Positions 41,288 to 51,470 of a stretch of 64,000 bases of DNA are shown in pieces. The stretch is from an uncultured delta proteobacterium (GTDB lineage Bacteria; Desulfobacterota; Binatia; Binatales; Binataceae), in assembly GCA_963724765.1 (NCBI GenBank), contig CAVRVY010000003.1, forward strand, positions 544,001-608,000, read 5' to 3'. The notes beneath the pieces were generated by a model. The model had not been told where the DNA came from and did no database searches. It saw nothing but the letters and a program-made list of their open reading frames with translations. The position numbers and the translations under genes were made by a program. Each line of letters starts with the position of its first letter. The stretch's first letter is position 1.

Positions 41288-41863
41288 ATGGCAGTAAAAA
41301 AGCGAGTATCGCAGGCACGCAAAGGGGTCGCGTCCAGACCGGCCAAATCTGCCAAGTCGGTCAAATCAGGCAAGTCGGTAAAATCCGGCAAGTCGCCCGC
41401 GCCGGGCCGGATAGCCCAGCTTGAGGCGACGGTGGGCAAGCTGCGGGCCAGCCTGGTAGCCGAAGCGCAGCGGCGCAAGCTCGACCAGCGCCTCCTGGCC
41501 GAGGCCAAGCGGGCTCGCGACGCGGTGGCCAAACAGATTTCGGCGTTGCGCGCGCAGGGGCTCAAGCTCGGGGAACAGATTAAGCGCGCGGCGCACGAAA
41601 ATCGCATGCTCGAGCAGGCGCGCCAGACGGCATCGAGCAAGGTCGAAGAATTGCGCGCCGAACTGCACGACAAGAGCGAAGAGGTGCGCCGCACCTCGGC
41701 CGAGCTGGCGAAGCTGGCGCGCGAATCGGCCACGCGCGCGCGCGCGATTGTGCACAGCCGCGGCCTCGGCCTGGAGCCGCATCACGACCCCGACGTGGAA
41801 GGGGTGCATGATGACGATCCGTTCGCGGACGATCCGTTCTCCGGCGAAAAACCGCCGATCTAG
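41288..41863 (+). CDS. Hypothetical coiled-coil protein with a histone H1-like basic N-terminus and an acidic tail
   Basis: MAVKKRVS...AKSAKSVKSGKSVKSGKS, heptad core, C-terminal HDDDPFADDPF; SD GGGGAG. Confidence 0.75.
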   Translation: MAVKKRVSQARKGVASRPAKSAKSVKSGKSVKSGKSPAPGRIAQLEATVGKLRASLVAEAQRRKLDQRLLAEAKRARDAVAKQISALRAQGLKLGEQIKRAAHENRMLEQARQTASSKVEELRAELHDKSEEVRRTSAELAKLARESATRARAIVHSRGLGLEPHHDPDVEGVHDDDPFADDPFSGEKPPI

Positions 41864-42217
41864 CCGGCTGGAGCGGCCGGCGGCCGATTTTACGCCCGGC
41901 GGCGCGATCCGTTGCCGGTGGAGCAATCTGTCGTCCCTGGGGACCGCTTAGCCCATGTCGGCCGCGTTGCGCTGGCGACCGCCGCGGGTTCAATTGCCTG
42001 TCGGGCTCGAAAAAGATTTCCGAGACCATTTCGCGAGATCATCTCGCGAGATCATTTGGTCGCAGGACCGCTTAGCACCACCGCCTTACCCACCGGTGCG
42101 GCCGTGCGTCGCCGCGCTTCGGCGCAGAAGCTTGCCCGTCGTTGCGCGCCGGTCTCAAGGCCCCGGCGCGCAACGAGGGCAAAAAACGAGCAGTAGAAAG
42201 CCCGGTCTTTGGATAGC

Positions 42218-42415
42218 TTACGGAGCAGCAGCGGGCGATGCCGCGGGGCTCGCTTCCATCGCGCCGCCGCTGGGAGCTGCTTCGCCGCCGGCTGCAGGAC
42301 TGGCCTCGGCGGAGGCGGCTGGAGCGGAACTCTCGGGTGCAGGCTCTTCGCTCTTCTGACACGCCATCGCAGCGAAGAACATCGGGATCAACGCCAGAAC
42401 CAGATACTTGCGCAT
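42218..42415 (-). CDS. Small Ala/Pro-rich lipoprotein
   Basis: MRKYLVLALIPMFFAAMA-C lipobox, SD AAGGAGG. Confidence 0.8.
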   Translation of the reverse strand: MRKYLVLALIPMFFAAMACQKSEEPAPESSAPAASAEASPAAGGEAAPSGGAMEASPAASPAAAP

Positions 42416-42589
42416 GGTTACCTCCTTGATCTCAGGACCCCCAAGCTCACGTTACTTCGGTAACGCCGCATAGTTCAAGCTCGGCCGCGGTCACGGCGGG
42501 CAGTTTGTGGATGAAACTACGTGCGATTTTTGCGCGCTAGCAACGCAGTATGTATTATTGCGGCCGAAGTAGCACAGGAGGACGTGGTT

Positions 42590-42817
42590 GTGGCAGAGCG
42601 TCGTCGCTTTAGCATCTCCATGGTCGGATCTGCGGGGACGGAGCAGGTGGTCGAACACGACATGGATATGAAACGGGCCAGATCGCAGGAATCCGCAGTC
42701 ACCTCGCGGCTGGTCGAACTGATGCGCTGGCTGGTGCCCAATGGGCGTCCGACCGGCTCACCGATGCGTTCGGTGGCACGCGAAATCGAAGAATTGTGGC
42801 CGTCGCGCGATCGCTAG
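42590..42817 (+). CDS. Small hypothetical protein
   Basis: SD AGGAGG 8 nt before GTG 42590. Confidence 0.55.
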   Translation: MAERRRFSISMVGSAGTEQVVEHDMDMKRARSQESAVTSRLVELMRWLVPNGRPTGSPMRSVAREIEELWPSRDR

Positions 42818-42872
42818 ATCGTAACCGCGGGGTCTTGCGCGCGTAAATCATTCGCGGAAAAGGACCACTCGC

Positions 42873-43391
42873 ATGGACGATATCGTCCGCATCTCCAGCA
42901 GCGCGCCTTGGGAACCAATCTTTGGCTACTCGCGCGCCGTGAGGGCGGGCGACTGGATCGCGGTGTCCGGCAGCACCGGCCTCGACGAGAACGGGCAACT
43001 GGTCGGCCGTGGACAGGTCTACGTGCAGGCGCGCCAGACGATTAGCAATATCGCGGCGGCGCTGGCGCGGCTGGGCATCGGCCTGGAGCGCGTGGTGCGC
43101 ACGCGGATCTACGTCACCGAACTCGACCGCTTGGACGACATCGCGCGCGCGCATCAAGAAATGTTCGGCGCGGCGCCGCCCGCCTCGACCTTGGTCCAGG
43201 TCGCCGGGCTAGTGCATCCCGACATGCTGATCGAAATTGAAGCCGACGCGTACGCCGGTCCCACGGCGACCACCGCGACGCGGCCTACGGCGGCGGTCCG
43301 CGCAGTACCCGCATCGAAAGGCCGTGCGCCGCGCAAGGGCGCGAGCGCGCCCGCCGCGCGCCCACGGCGAAAATCGGCGCGCCGGCGCTAG
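42873..43391 (+). CDS. RidA/YjgF family protein with a basic C-terminal tail
   Basis: WEPIFGYSRAVRAG, VVRTRIYVT, LIEIEADA. Confidence 0.9.
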   Translation: MDDIVRISSSAPWEPIFGYSRAVRAGDWIAVSGSTGLDENGQLVGRGQVYVQARQTISNIAAALARLGIGLERVVRTRIYVTELDRLDDIARAHQEMFGAAPPASTLVQVAGLVHPDMLIEIEADAYAGPTATTATRPTAAVRAVPASKGRAPRKGASAPAARPRRKSARRR

Positions 43392-43456
43392 TCTGCCGAC
43401 AGTCACGCTCGCACGACAGGACGCGCGAGATTCAACCGCCGCGTCCGATCAATCGC

Positions 43457-44959
43457 TTAGCGGCTCAATATCACGTGATGATGCGGCGCGTTGCCCAGTG
43501 CTGAGGCGAAGGCGCCGGCGGCGCTGGTGATGTAGGGCTGCGGGAAAAGCCCGATCACGACCGTGCCGGCCGCGGCGATTACCAGCGCCGCGACCAGCGC
43601 GGGCCGCGTGCGCAATGCCACCGGCTCCACGCCGCCCTCGCGCGCATATATCGCGATCAGCACCGATAGGTAGTAATAGGCCGAGATGACGCTGTTGAGG
43701 ACGGCGATAATCGTCAGCCAGAGCAGATGAGCGTCGAGCGCGGCGGAGAAGATGTAGAACTTGCCAAAGAACCCCGCCAGCGGCGGCACTCCGGTCAGCG
43801 ACAGCATGAACAGCGTCATCGCCGCGGCGAGCATCGGATGGCGCCTCGCGAGGCCTTGGTAGTCCGCGATATTGGCGTGGGCGGCGCCGCGGCGCTCGAG
43901 CGCAACCACCACGGCGAAGGCGCCCAGGTTGGTGAAGGCGTAGCCGAGCAGGTAGTAGAGGATTGCGCCGCCGGCGCGCGGCGAGGCGACCGCGGTCATC
44001 CCGACCAGGATGTAGCCGGCGTGCGCGATTGCCGAGTAGGCAAGCATCCGCTTGATATTGGTCTGCACCAGCGCCGCCAGGTTGCCGGCCGTCATGGTCA
44101 GCACGGCGATCACCCACAGCACCATCGTCCACTGCGGCCCGAGCGGCCACAGGTGGACCATGAAGATGCGCATGAAGCCAGCGAACGCCGCGACCTTGAC
44201 TCCCACCGCCATGAAAGCCGTTACCGGCGTGGGCGCGCCCTCGTAGGCGTCAGGCGTCCACATATGGAAGGGCACGGCGGCGACCTTGAAGCCGAAGCCG
44301 ATCAGCAGCAGGCCGACGCCGGCGAGCAGCAGCGCGTTGTCGGTGGCCGGACGCGAGAGCGCGGCTTCGATCGGCTCGAGCTTGATCGATCCGGTAGCGC
44401 CGTAGATGAGCGCGATACCGTAGAGCAGGAAGCCGGTGGAAAAAGCGCCGAGCAGGAAGTACTTGAGCGCGGCCTCATTAGAGCGTGGATCGCGGCGCAG
44501 AAAACCGGCCAGCGCATAGACCGCGATCGACATCGTCTCAAGGCCGAGGAAGATCACGATCAGATCGTCGGCGGCCGCCATCAGCATCATGCCGAGCGCG
44601 GCGAACATCACCAGCGCATAGTACTCTGCGCCGGCCAATCCCTGGTCGGCGGCATACTCGACCGACATCAAGGCGGTCATCGCGGCGGCGAACAGCACCA
44701 GCAATTCGAAATAGGCGGTGTAGCTGCTCACCGAGAGCGTGCCCGAGAAGGCCACCGAGGGACGCCCGCCGAAGAGCAGCAGCGACAGAAAGGCGGCGAA
44801 GACGAAGAGCGCGATCGACAGGATGCCCAGTCCGCCGCTATCTTCGTCGTCGATCTGCACGCCGACCAGCAGCACGCCCATCGCGCCCGCCGCCACCACG
44901 ATAAGCGGCAGGATGGGCACCCAGGCGAAGTTGATAACGCTCCAGTTGAACTGCGTCAT
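43457..44959 (-). CDS. nuoN: NADH-quinone oxidoreductase subunit N
   Basis: EAALKYFLLG, FKVAAVPFHMWTPDAYEGAP, KRMLAYS. Confidence 0.96.
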   Translation of the reverse strand: MTQFNWSVINFAWVPILPLIVVAAGAMGVLLVGVQIDDEDSGGLGILSIALFVFAAFLSLLLFGGRPSVAFSGTLSVSSYTAYFELLVLFAAAMTALMSVEYAADQGLAGAEYYALVMFAALGMMLMAAADDLIVIFLGLETMSIAVYALAGFLRRDPRSNEAALKYFLLGAFSTGFLLYGIALIYGATGSIKLEPIEAALSRPATDNALLLAGVGLLLIGFGFKVAAVPFHMWTPDAYEGAPTPVTAFMAVGVKVAAFAGFMRIFMVHLWPLGPQWTMVLWVIAVLTMTAGNLAALVQTNIKRMLAYSAIAHAGYILVGMTAVASPRAGGAILYYLLGYAFTNLGAFAVVVALERRGAAHANIADYQGLARRHPMLAAAMTLFMLSLTGVPPLAGFFGKFYIFSAALDAHLLWLTIIAVLNSVISAYYYLSVLIAIYAREGGVEPVALRTRPALVAALVIAAAGTVVIGLFPQPYITSAAGAFASALGNAPHHHVILSR

Positions 44960-46515
44960 TTGGCGGCCACGGATTTGCGGTCGAGCAGCGCGGCGAGCGA
45001 GCGCGCGTAGTGCTGCTGGTGGTCGATACGCGCCTGAGCGGCGTGGACGCGGCCGAGCAGCGCGCCCACCGACGGCTCCATCCGGGCGAGCAACGGCCGC
45101 GGATAGAGCCCCATCAAGAGCATCAGCGCGATCAGCGGCGCCATCACGGCAATCTCGCGCCCGCTCAAGTCAGCGATAGTTTCATTGACGGCCCTGGTGA
45201 TCGGACCGAACATCACGCGCTCGTAAGCGTAGAGCATGTAGAGCGCGCCGAGGATGAGGCCGACGACGGCGATTTCGGCGGCCAGCGACTTGCTGAGATA
45301 GGTGCCGAGCAGGATCAGGAACTCGCCGACGAAGCCATTGAGCCCGGGCAATCCGATCGACGAGAGCATCACCACCATGAAGACGGCGGCGTAAATCGGG
45401 ACGCTCTTCCAGAGCCCGCCGAACTCGGCGATTTCGCGCGTGTGACGGCGCAGATAGATCATCCCGATCAGCAAAAACAAACCGCCGGTTGAAATCCCGT
45501 GGTTCAGCATCTGGTAAATCGCGCCCTCCATCCCCTGCGGATCGAGCGCGAAGATGCCGAGCATCACGAAACCCAGGTGGCTGACCGAGGAGTAGGCGAC
45601 GAGGCGCTTTATGTCCGGCTGGACCATCGCGACCAGCGCGCCATAGATGATTCCGACCACCGCGAGCGCCAGGAACAGCGGCGCCGCCTCGATCGCGATC
45701 TCCGGAAAGAGCGGGATCGCGAAACGCAGGAAGCCGTAGGTCCCCATCTTCAGCATCACCCCGGCCAGGATGACCGAACCCGCGGTCGGGGCCTCGGTAT
45801 GAGCGTCGGGCAGCCAGGTATGCAGCGGCCACATCGGAACCTTGATCGCAAAGGCGAGCGCGAAGGCGGCGAACAGCCAGGTGGCTTCGCGATGGCTCAG
45901 CGGCACGCCGTAGAGGGCGGGCAGATCGAAAGTTAGATGGCCGAGATGAGCGCGCGCGGCGTTCACCAGGTAAAGAATCGCGACCAGCATCAGGATCGAG
46001 CCAAGCATCGTGTACAGGATGAACTTGAAGGCGGCGTAGTATTTGCGCCCGTGCCCCCAGATTCCGATCAGGAAGTACATCGGGATCAGCATCAGTTCCC
46101 AGAACACGTAGAACAGAAACAGATCGACCGCGAGCAGCGTGCCCAGCAGCCCCATCTCCAACACCAGCATGAAGAAGCAGAACTCGCGTGGCCGCGTCTC
46201 GATATCGCCGCCGCCCGAATAGAGCAGCGAGAGCGAGAACAACACCGTGGTCAGCAACACCAGGAACAGGCTGATTCCGTCCATCCCGAGGTGATACGAG
46301 ATGCCGAACTGCGGAATCCACCCGTATTGCTCGACGAACTGGTAGTTCGCCTGCGCCGGATCGAAGGCCGCGAAGAGGTAGATCGAGATGGCGAGCGGGA
46401 TCAGCGAGAAGATGAAGCCGGCGCGCCAGGCCGCGCGCTCCTCGGGCTGCGCCAGCACGAACAGCGCCCCCAACAGCGGCGTGAAGACAACGGCAGTCAG
46501 CCAGGAGCCGCCCAT
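44956..46515 (-). CDS. nuoM: NADH-quinone oxidoreductase subunit M
   Basis: FYVFWE, IKVPMWPLHTWLPDAHTEAP, LLKMG-like MLKMG, AYSSVSH. Confidence 0.96.
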   Translation of the reverse strand: MGGSWLTAVVFTPLLGALFVLAQPEERAAWRAGFIFSLIPLAISIYLFAAFDPAQANYQFVEQYGWIPQFGISYHLGMDGISLFLVLLTTVLFSLSLLYSGGGDIETRPREFCFFMLVLEMGLLGTLLAVDLFLFYVFWELMLIPMYFLIGIWGHGRKYYAAFKFILYTMLGSILMLVAILYLVNAARAHLGHLTFDLPALYGVPLSHREATWLFAAFALAFAIKVPMWPLHTWLPDAHTEAPTAGSVILAGVMLKMGTYGFLRFAIPLFPEIAIEAAPLFLALAVVGIIYGALVAMVQPDIKRLVAYSSVSHLGFVMLGIFALDPQGMEGAIYQMLNHGISTGGLFLLIGMIYLRRHTREIAEFGGLWKSVPIYAAVFMVVMLSSIGLPGLNGFVGEFLILLGTYLSKSLAAEIAVVGLILGALYMLYAYERVMFGPITRAVNETIADLSGREIAVMAPLIALMLLMGLYPRPLLARMEPSVGALLGRVHAAQARIDHQQHYARSLAALLDRKSVAAK

Positions 46516-48437
46516 CAGCGCACCATCACCAGGTAAACGTAGTAGGCGACGATCCCGACCGCGCCCACCAGGTAGACGAACGCGTAAACCTGGACGTTAC
46601 CGGTCTCCGAGCGCCGCGTGACATCGCCAGCCTCCTCGACCCCGAGCCCGGTGCCATTGACGATACCGTCGATCAGGTCGTGGTCGACACCGCAATTCAG
46701 CACGTTTTCCGATCCCCAGAACAGAAAGCGCCCGAAGACCAGGTTGTAAAGTTCGTCGACGTAGTATTTGCGCACCAGCAGGTGATACAGCGCGCTGGCG
46801 CCCGTGGCGATCCGTCCGGGCAACTCGGGTTCCCGGATGTAAAGGAGGTACGCGAGCAGGAAACCGATGAGCGTGGCGATCAGCGCGGCCGCACTGATCG
46901 CGCCGGTGGCGAGGCCGTGCTCGGCTGCCGCACGAAACGGACCAAACACGGGCTCAAGCAAGCGCGTGAACGCGCCGCCCCACAGCCATCCGTCGGGCAA
47001 CTGGACCCATCCGCCGATCACCGAAAGCACGCCCAACACGACCAGCGGCACGGTCATCACCGGCGGCGATTCATGCACGTGCTTGTCGGGCGCGACCCGC
47101 GAGCTTCCATGGAAGGTCAGGAACAGCAGGCGAAACATGTAAAACGCGGTGAGACCCGCGGTAACGATGCCAAGGAGCCACAACCCGCCGTATCCGGCGG
47201 CAATCGTGCGCTCCAGGATGAGATCTTTTGAGAAGTAGCCTGAAAACCCGGGCACCGCGCTTATCGCGAGCGTCGCCGCGAGCATCGTGGCATAGGTTAT
47301 CGGCATCCGCCGCCACAGCGCGCCCATCCGGTTCATGTCCTGCTCGCCGTCGAGCGCATGGATGATCGACCCGGCACACAGAAACAACAGGCTCTTGAAG
47401 AACGCGTGCGTCATCACGTGAAAGATGCCGGCCGCGAACGCGCCCACGCCTACGCCCATGAACATGTAGCCGAGCTGGCTGATGGTCGAGTAGGCGAGCA
47501 CGCGCTTGATATCGGTCTGGACCACGGCGACGGTCGCGGCGAAGAACGCGGTCACCGCGCCGATGACCGCGACCACGTACATCGCGTCGGGCGTGAGCGT
47601 GTAAAGGAAATGCAGCCGCGCGATCATGTAAACGCCCGCGGTCACCATGGTCGCGGCATGGATTAGCGCGCTTACCGGGGTTGGGCCGACCATCGCATCG
47701 GGCAGCCATACGTAGAGCGGAATCTGCGCCGACTTGCCGGTCGCGCCGAGCAGCAGCAACAGCCCCACCATCGTCGCCACCGGCGCGAGCATCGCGCGAT
47801 GGGCCTGCAGCTCGGCGAAATTCAACGTCCACACGCCGTGCGCGGCGAGCGCGGAGAGGATCGTCAGGATGCCCAGGATGAAGCCAGCGTCGCCGACCCG
47901 GTTGACCACGAAGGCCTTGCGCCCGTTGTAAGCGAACTGCGCGTTGTCGTACCAGAACGCGATCAGCAGATACGAGCACAGGCCCACGCCCTCCCAACCG
48001 ACGAACATCAGCAGCAGGTTGTCGGCCAACACCAGCACCAGCATCGAGAGCGCGAACAGGTTCATGTAAGCGAAGTAGCGCGCGTAGTCCTCGTCATGAG
48101 CCATGTAGCCGACGGAGTAGAGGTGGATCACCGCGCCGACGCCGCTGACGATAAGCGTCATCACGGCCGAGAGCGCGTCGAAGCGGAGCGCGATTTCGGT
48201 ATGGAACTGCCCCGCGATTATCCACGGCCATAGCGTCACTTCGAGCGCCGCGCCCGCCGGCATCGCCAGCAGCCGCGCGAAACCCCATAGCGCGATCGCA
48301 AAGACGAGGACAATTACTCCGGGGCCAGCCAGGTTGACCGCGCCGCGGCCGGCGCGGCTTCCGAAAAAGACATTGAAGACAAAGCCCAGCGCCGGGAACA
48401 GCAGAATCAGCGCGAGCGCGGGAAATTGTTCCGTCAT
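46515..48437 (-). CDS. nuoL: NADH-quinone oxidoreductase subunit L
   Basis: GWEGVGLCSYLLI, GKSAQIPLYVWLPDAM.GPTPVSALIHAATMV. Confidence 0.96.
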   Translation of the reverse strand: MTEQFPALALILLFPALGFVFNVFFGSRAGRGAVNLAGPGVIVLVFAIALWGFARLLAMPAGAALEVTLWPWIIAGQFHTEIALRFDALSAVMTLIVSGVGAVIHLYSVGYMAHDEDYARYFAYMNLFALSMLVLVLADNLLLMFVGWEGVGLCSYLLIAFWYDNAQFAYNGRKAFVVNRVGDAGFILGILTILSALAAHGVWTLNFAELQAHRAMLAPVATMVGLLLLLGATGKSAQIPLYVWLPDAMVGPTPVSALIHAATMVTAGVYMIARLHFLYTLTPDAMYVVAVIGAVTAFFAATVAVVQTDIKRVLAYSTISQLGYMFMGVGVGAFAAGIFHVMTHAFFKSLLFLCAGSIIHALDGEQDMNRMGALWRRMPITYATMLAATLAISAVPGFSGYFSKDLILERTIAAGYGGLWLLGIVTAGLTAFYMFRLLFLTFHGSSRVAPDKHVHESPPVMTVPLVVLGVLSVIGGWVQLPDGWLWGGAFTRLLEPVFGPFRAAAEHGLATGAISAAALIATLIGFLLAYLLYIREPELPGRIATGASALYHLLVRKYYVDELYNLVFGRFLFWGSENVLNCGVDHDLIDGIVNGTGLGVEEAGDVTRRSETGNVQVYAFVYLVGAVGIVAYYVYLVMVR

Positions 48438-48456
48438 GAATTTACCGCCGCTCCGT

Positions 48457-48759
48457 TCACCAGCGCATCAGGTTGAGTTCGTCCGCGTTGACGGTCTCGC
48501 GGTTGCGGAAAACCGAGATGATGATCGCAAGCCCGACCGCGGCCTCGGCCGCCGCCACCGTCATCACGAAAAACACGATCACCTGCCCATCCATCGAGCC
48601 CAGCCGCCGCCCCAGCGCTACGAAAGCCAGGTTGACCGCGTTGAGCATGATCTCGATCGACATGAAGATCACGATAATGTTGCGCCGCAGGAGTACGCCG
48701 GCCACCCCGATCACGAACAGCACGGCGCTCAGCCCCACGAAGTAGCTCATCGGAACCAT
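48457..48759 (-). CDS. nuoK: NADH-quinone oxidoreductase subunit K
   Basis: [31 protein letters not shown]. Confidence 0.95.
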   Translation of the reverse strand: MVPMSYFVGLSAVLFVIGVAGVLLRRNIIVIFMSIEIMLNAVNLAFVALGRRLGSMDGQVIVFFVMTVAAAEAAVGLAIIISVFRNRETVNADELNLMRW

Positions 48760-48761
48760 CG

Positions 48762-49361
48762 TCAGGCGCCCTCCGACCCGGCCGGCGCACCAGCGGTGGC
48801 GGCGACGGCCTGCGCTCTCACGGCTTGCGTTCCGGCGGCCTGCGTTCCGGCAGCCGGCGGCAACGGTACGCGGCGGGCGAGCGCTATCGCGCCGACGATC
48901 GCGGCCAACAGCAGGACCGAGGTTATCTCGAAGGCGACCAGGTAGTCGGAAAAGAGCGTGGTGGCGAGCGTCTCGATCGATCCATAGCCGGCCGGCGCGA
49001 CCGCCTGGGCGCCGCCCGCGCTGGGCGCATGCCACAGGAGCACGAACAACTCGGCCACCAGCGCCGCGCACAGCAGCCCCGCGATCGCCTTGAGCGCGAG
49101 ATATCCCGGCGCGCTACGCAGTTCGGTCTGCAGGTTGAGCAGCCAGATTACGAACAGGAACAAAACCATGATCGCGCCGGCGTAAACGATTGCCTGCAAA
49201 AAGCCAACCGTCACCGCGTCGAGCCCGATGAAAATCACCGCGATCGTCAGCAGCGTCACCACCAGCGCGAGCAGGCAGTGCACCGGGTTGCGCTGCATTA
49301 CCGTGCCGAGCGCCGAAATAACCGACAGCGCGGCGAGAAAGATGAACACTCCAAGCGTCAT
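48762..49361 (-). CDS. nuoJ: NADH-quinone oxidoreductase subunit J
   Basis: [34 protein letters not shown]. Confidence 0.94.
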   Translation of the reverse strand: MTLGVFIFLAALSVISALGTVMQRNPVHCLLALVVTLLTIAVIFIGLDAVTVGFLQAIVYAGAIMVLFLFVIWLLNLQTELRSAPGYLALKAIAGLLCAALVAELFVLLWHAPSAGGAQAVAPAGYGSIETLATTLFSDYLVAFEITSVLLLAAIVGAIALARRVPLPPAAGTQAAGTQAVRAQAVAATAGAPAGSEGA

Positions 49362-49362
49362 C

Positions 49363-50478
49363 TCAGTGCGCCCCCGAGGCCAACACCACGACGATCGCGG
49401 TGACGACAACATTGGCCAGCCCGAGCGGCACCAGCCCCTTCCATCCCAGCCGCATCAACTGGTCGTAGCGAAAGCGCGGCAGCGTCCAGCGAATAAGAAT
49501 CTGAAGCCAGCAGAACGCGATGGTCTTGATCATGAAAGCGACCACGCCGAGGATCGCGACCAGCAGTTGCGGCACCCACAGATGCGCGCCGCCGGGAAAA
49601 TGAAAGCCGTCGCGGTAAAGCCACGGCACCTGCCATCCGCCGAAAAAGAATACCGTGATCAGCACCGCGACCAGCACGATTTCGGCAAAGTCGGTCATCA
49701 TGAAGACCGCCTGCTTGCCGCCCGAGTACTCGGTGAAGTAGCCCGCCACCAGCTCGGATTCGCCCTCGGGCAAATCGAACGGCACGCGCTTGGATTCCGC
49801 CATCCCGGCCGTCAGCAGCATCAGGAAGGCCACCGGCTGCAAGCAGATTCCCCAGCGCGGCAGAAAGCCGAACCACACCCCGCCCTGCGCATGACACATC
49901 GTCTGCAAATCGAGCGTCCCGTAGGTCATTACGACCGAGATGATCGCGAGGCCCAGGCCGATCTCGTAGGAAATCATCTGCGCGCTCGCGCGGATACCGC
50001 CGAGCAGCGCCCAGCGGTTGTTGGAGGCCCATCCGCCCAGCGCAACCCCGTAAACGCCGATTCCAATGGTCGCCAGGATGTAGAGCGCGGCCGCGTTGAT
50101 ATTGGCCGCCTGGAGCGTGATGGTGCGCGAGCCGATTTGCACCACGTCACCGAACGGCACCACCGCGAAGGTGATTATCACCGGGAACAATGCGAGGAAC
50201 GGCGCCAGGGCGTGGAGAAATTTGTCCGCGCCTTCGGGCACGAAGTCTTCCTTGGTGAAAAGCTTCAGCGGATCGGCGAGCAGCGTATTGACCAGGCCCA
50301 GGTTGGGCAGGCCCATCCGCTTGCCGAGCCCGGTTAACGAGGCGCGGTTGGCGCCGATCCGGTCCTGGATGAGCGCGCTGCCCTTGCGCTCGACCCACAG
50401 CAGGACGCCCGCCAGGTTCAGCACCATCACCACGACGACGATCGCCTTGATGGCTTCGATTAGGAGGTCAATCAGCAC
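49363..50478 (-). CDS. nuoH: NADH-quinone oxidoreductase subunit H (start approximate)
   Basis: WVERK..ALIQDRIGANRA, ADPLKLFTKED, PFDLPEGESEL, RWTLPRFRYDQ. Confidence 0.95.
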   Translation of the reverse strand: MLIDLLIEAIKAIVVVVMVLNLAGVLLWVERKGSALIQDRIGANRASLTGLGKRMGLPNLGLVNTLLADPLKLFTKEDFVPEGADKFLHALAPFLALFPVIITFAVVPFGDVVQIGSRTITLQAANINAAALYILATIGIGVYGVALGGWASNNRWALLGGIRASAQMISYEIGLGLAIISVVMTYGTLDLQTMCHAQGGVWFGFLPRWGICLQPVAFLMLLTAGMAESKRVPFDLPEGESELVAGYFTEYSGGKQAVFMMTDFAEIVLVAVLITVFFFGGWQVPWLYRDGFHFPGGAHLWVPQLLVAILGVVAFMIKTIAFCWLQILIRWTLPRFRYDQLMRLGWKGLVPLGLANVVVTAIVVVLASGAH

Positions 50479-50609
50479 GATGGGCGAGCTCGTCGATAAG
50501 TCGGGCGGTGGAGTTTTCGGTCCCTCGGATAACGTCCGAGCAGCGCGCGGGGTATTCGTCAAGCGCGGCGGGAGAAAAGCGGACTTCAGAGCTGGTCGCG
50601 GCCGACTGC

Positions 50610-50643
50610 ACTATAACCTGACCTTCAACCGGAAAATTTTCCG
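50610..50643 (-). promoter_or_regulatory. Putative nuoH promoter with an overlapping palindromic operator
   Basis: Minus-strand TATAGT at 50610-50615; perfect palindrome cggaaaattttccg at 50630-50643 over the -35 position. Confidence 0.45.
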
Positions 50644-50888
50644 AGTTCAGAAAGCTAATGGCCAATCCGAGAAATCCTAAAATAGGTAACTCAAATCGCC
50701 CGCCTGCGCCAGAGCATCGGGGCGGCGTGACGAGGCATGCGCAAACTTGCGGCAATCGGAGGACTGGGCTATGGTCCGCCCGTCGGCCCCAGGAACGCCG
50801 AAATTTAATTGTTGCGACACCACTTCGTCATATGGATCGCGGCTGCGTGTGCCCCAATGGGCGTCGGCGGCGACGGAGCGCGCACGCG

Positions 50889-51452
50889 ATGAGAGTTATC
50901 GCGGGCGAGGCCCATGGACGGCGGCTCCGCGCGCCGCGTGGATTAGTGACGCGCCCGGCGACCGCGCGCGTGCGCGCGTCGATTTTCTCGCGCCTGGCCG
51001 CGCGCACGGAGCTTGTCGGGGCCCGGGTGCTCGATCTCTTCGCGGGCAGCGGCTCGCTGGGGCTGGAGGCGCTCTCGCGCGGCGCCTCGGGGGCGGTTTT
51101 CGTCGATTCCTCGCGCGCGGCGGCGACCGCGATCCGCGACAACCTGCGCGTGCTCGGCCTGGAAGGGCGCGCGGAGGTGATAGTCGCCGGCGTGGAGCGC
51201 GCAATCGCGGCTCTGGGGGCGCGCGGCGCGCGCTTCGACCTGGTGTTCGTTGACGCGCCGTATCGCGACGATACCAGCGCCGCGGTGCTCCGGGCGCTGG
51301 CGGAGGGCGGATTGCTTGGCGTGAACGCCTACGTGGTCGTGCGGCAGGCCGGCCGCGCGCCGGAGATCTCGCCGGCGGGACTCGAAGCGATCAATTGTGC
51401 AACCCTGGGCGATCATCGGATCGCCCTTTACCGCGCGCCGGCGGCGCGCTAG
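50889..51452 (+). CDS. rsmD: 16S rRNA m2G966 methyltransferase
   Basis: MRVIAGEAHGRRL, TRPAT, VLDLFAGSGSLGLEALSRGA, DAPY; adjacent to coaD. Confidence 0.92.
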   Translation: MRVIAGEAHGRRLRAPRGLVTRPATARVRASIFSRLAARTELVGARVLDLFAGSGSLGLEALSRGASGAVFVDSSRAAATAIRDNLRVLGLEGRAEVIVAGVERAIAALGARGARFDLVFVDAPYRDDTSAAVLRALAEGGLLGVNAYVVVRQAGRAPEISPAGLEAINCATLGDHRIALYRAPAAR

Positions 51453-51470
51453 TTCAAGCAGCGGCGTGGC

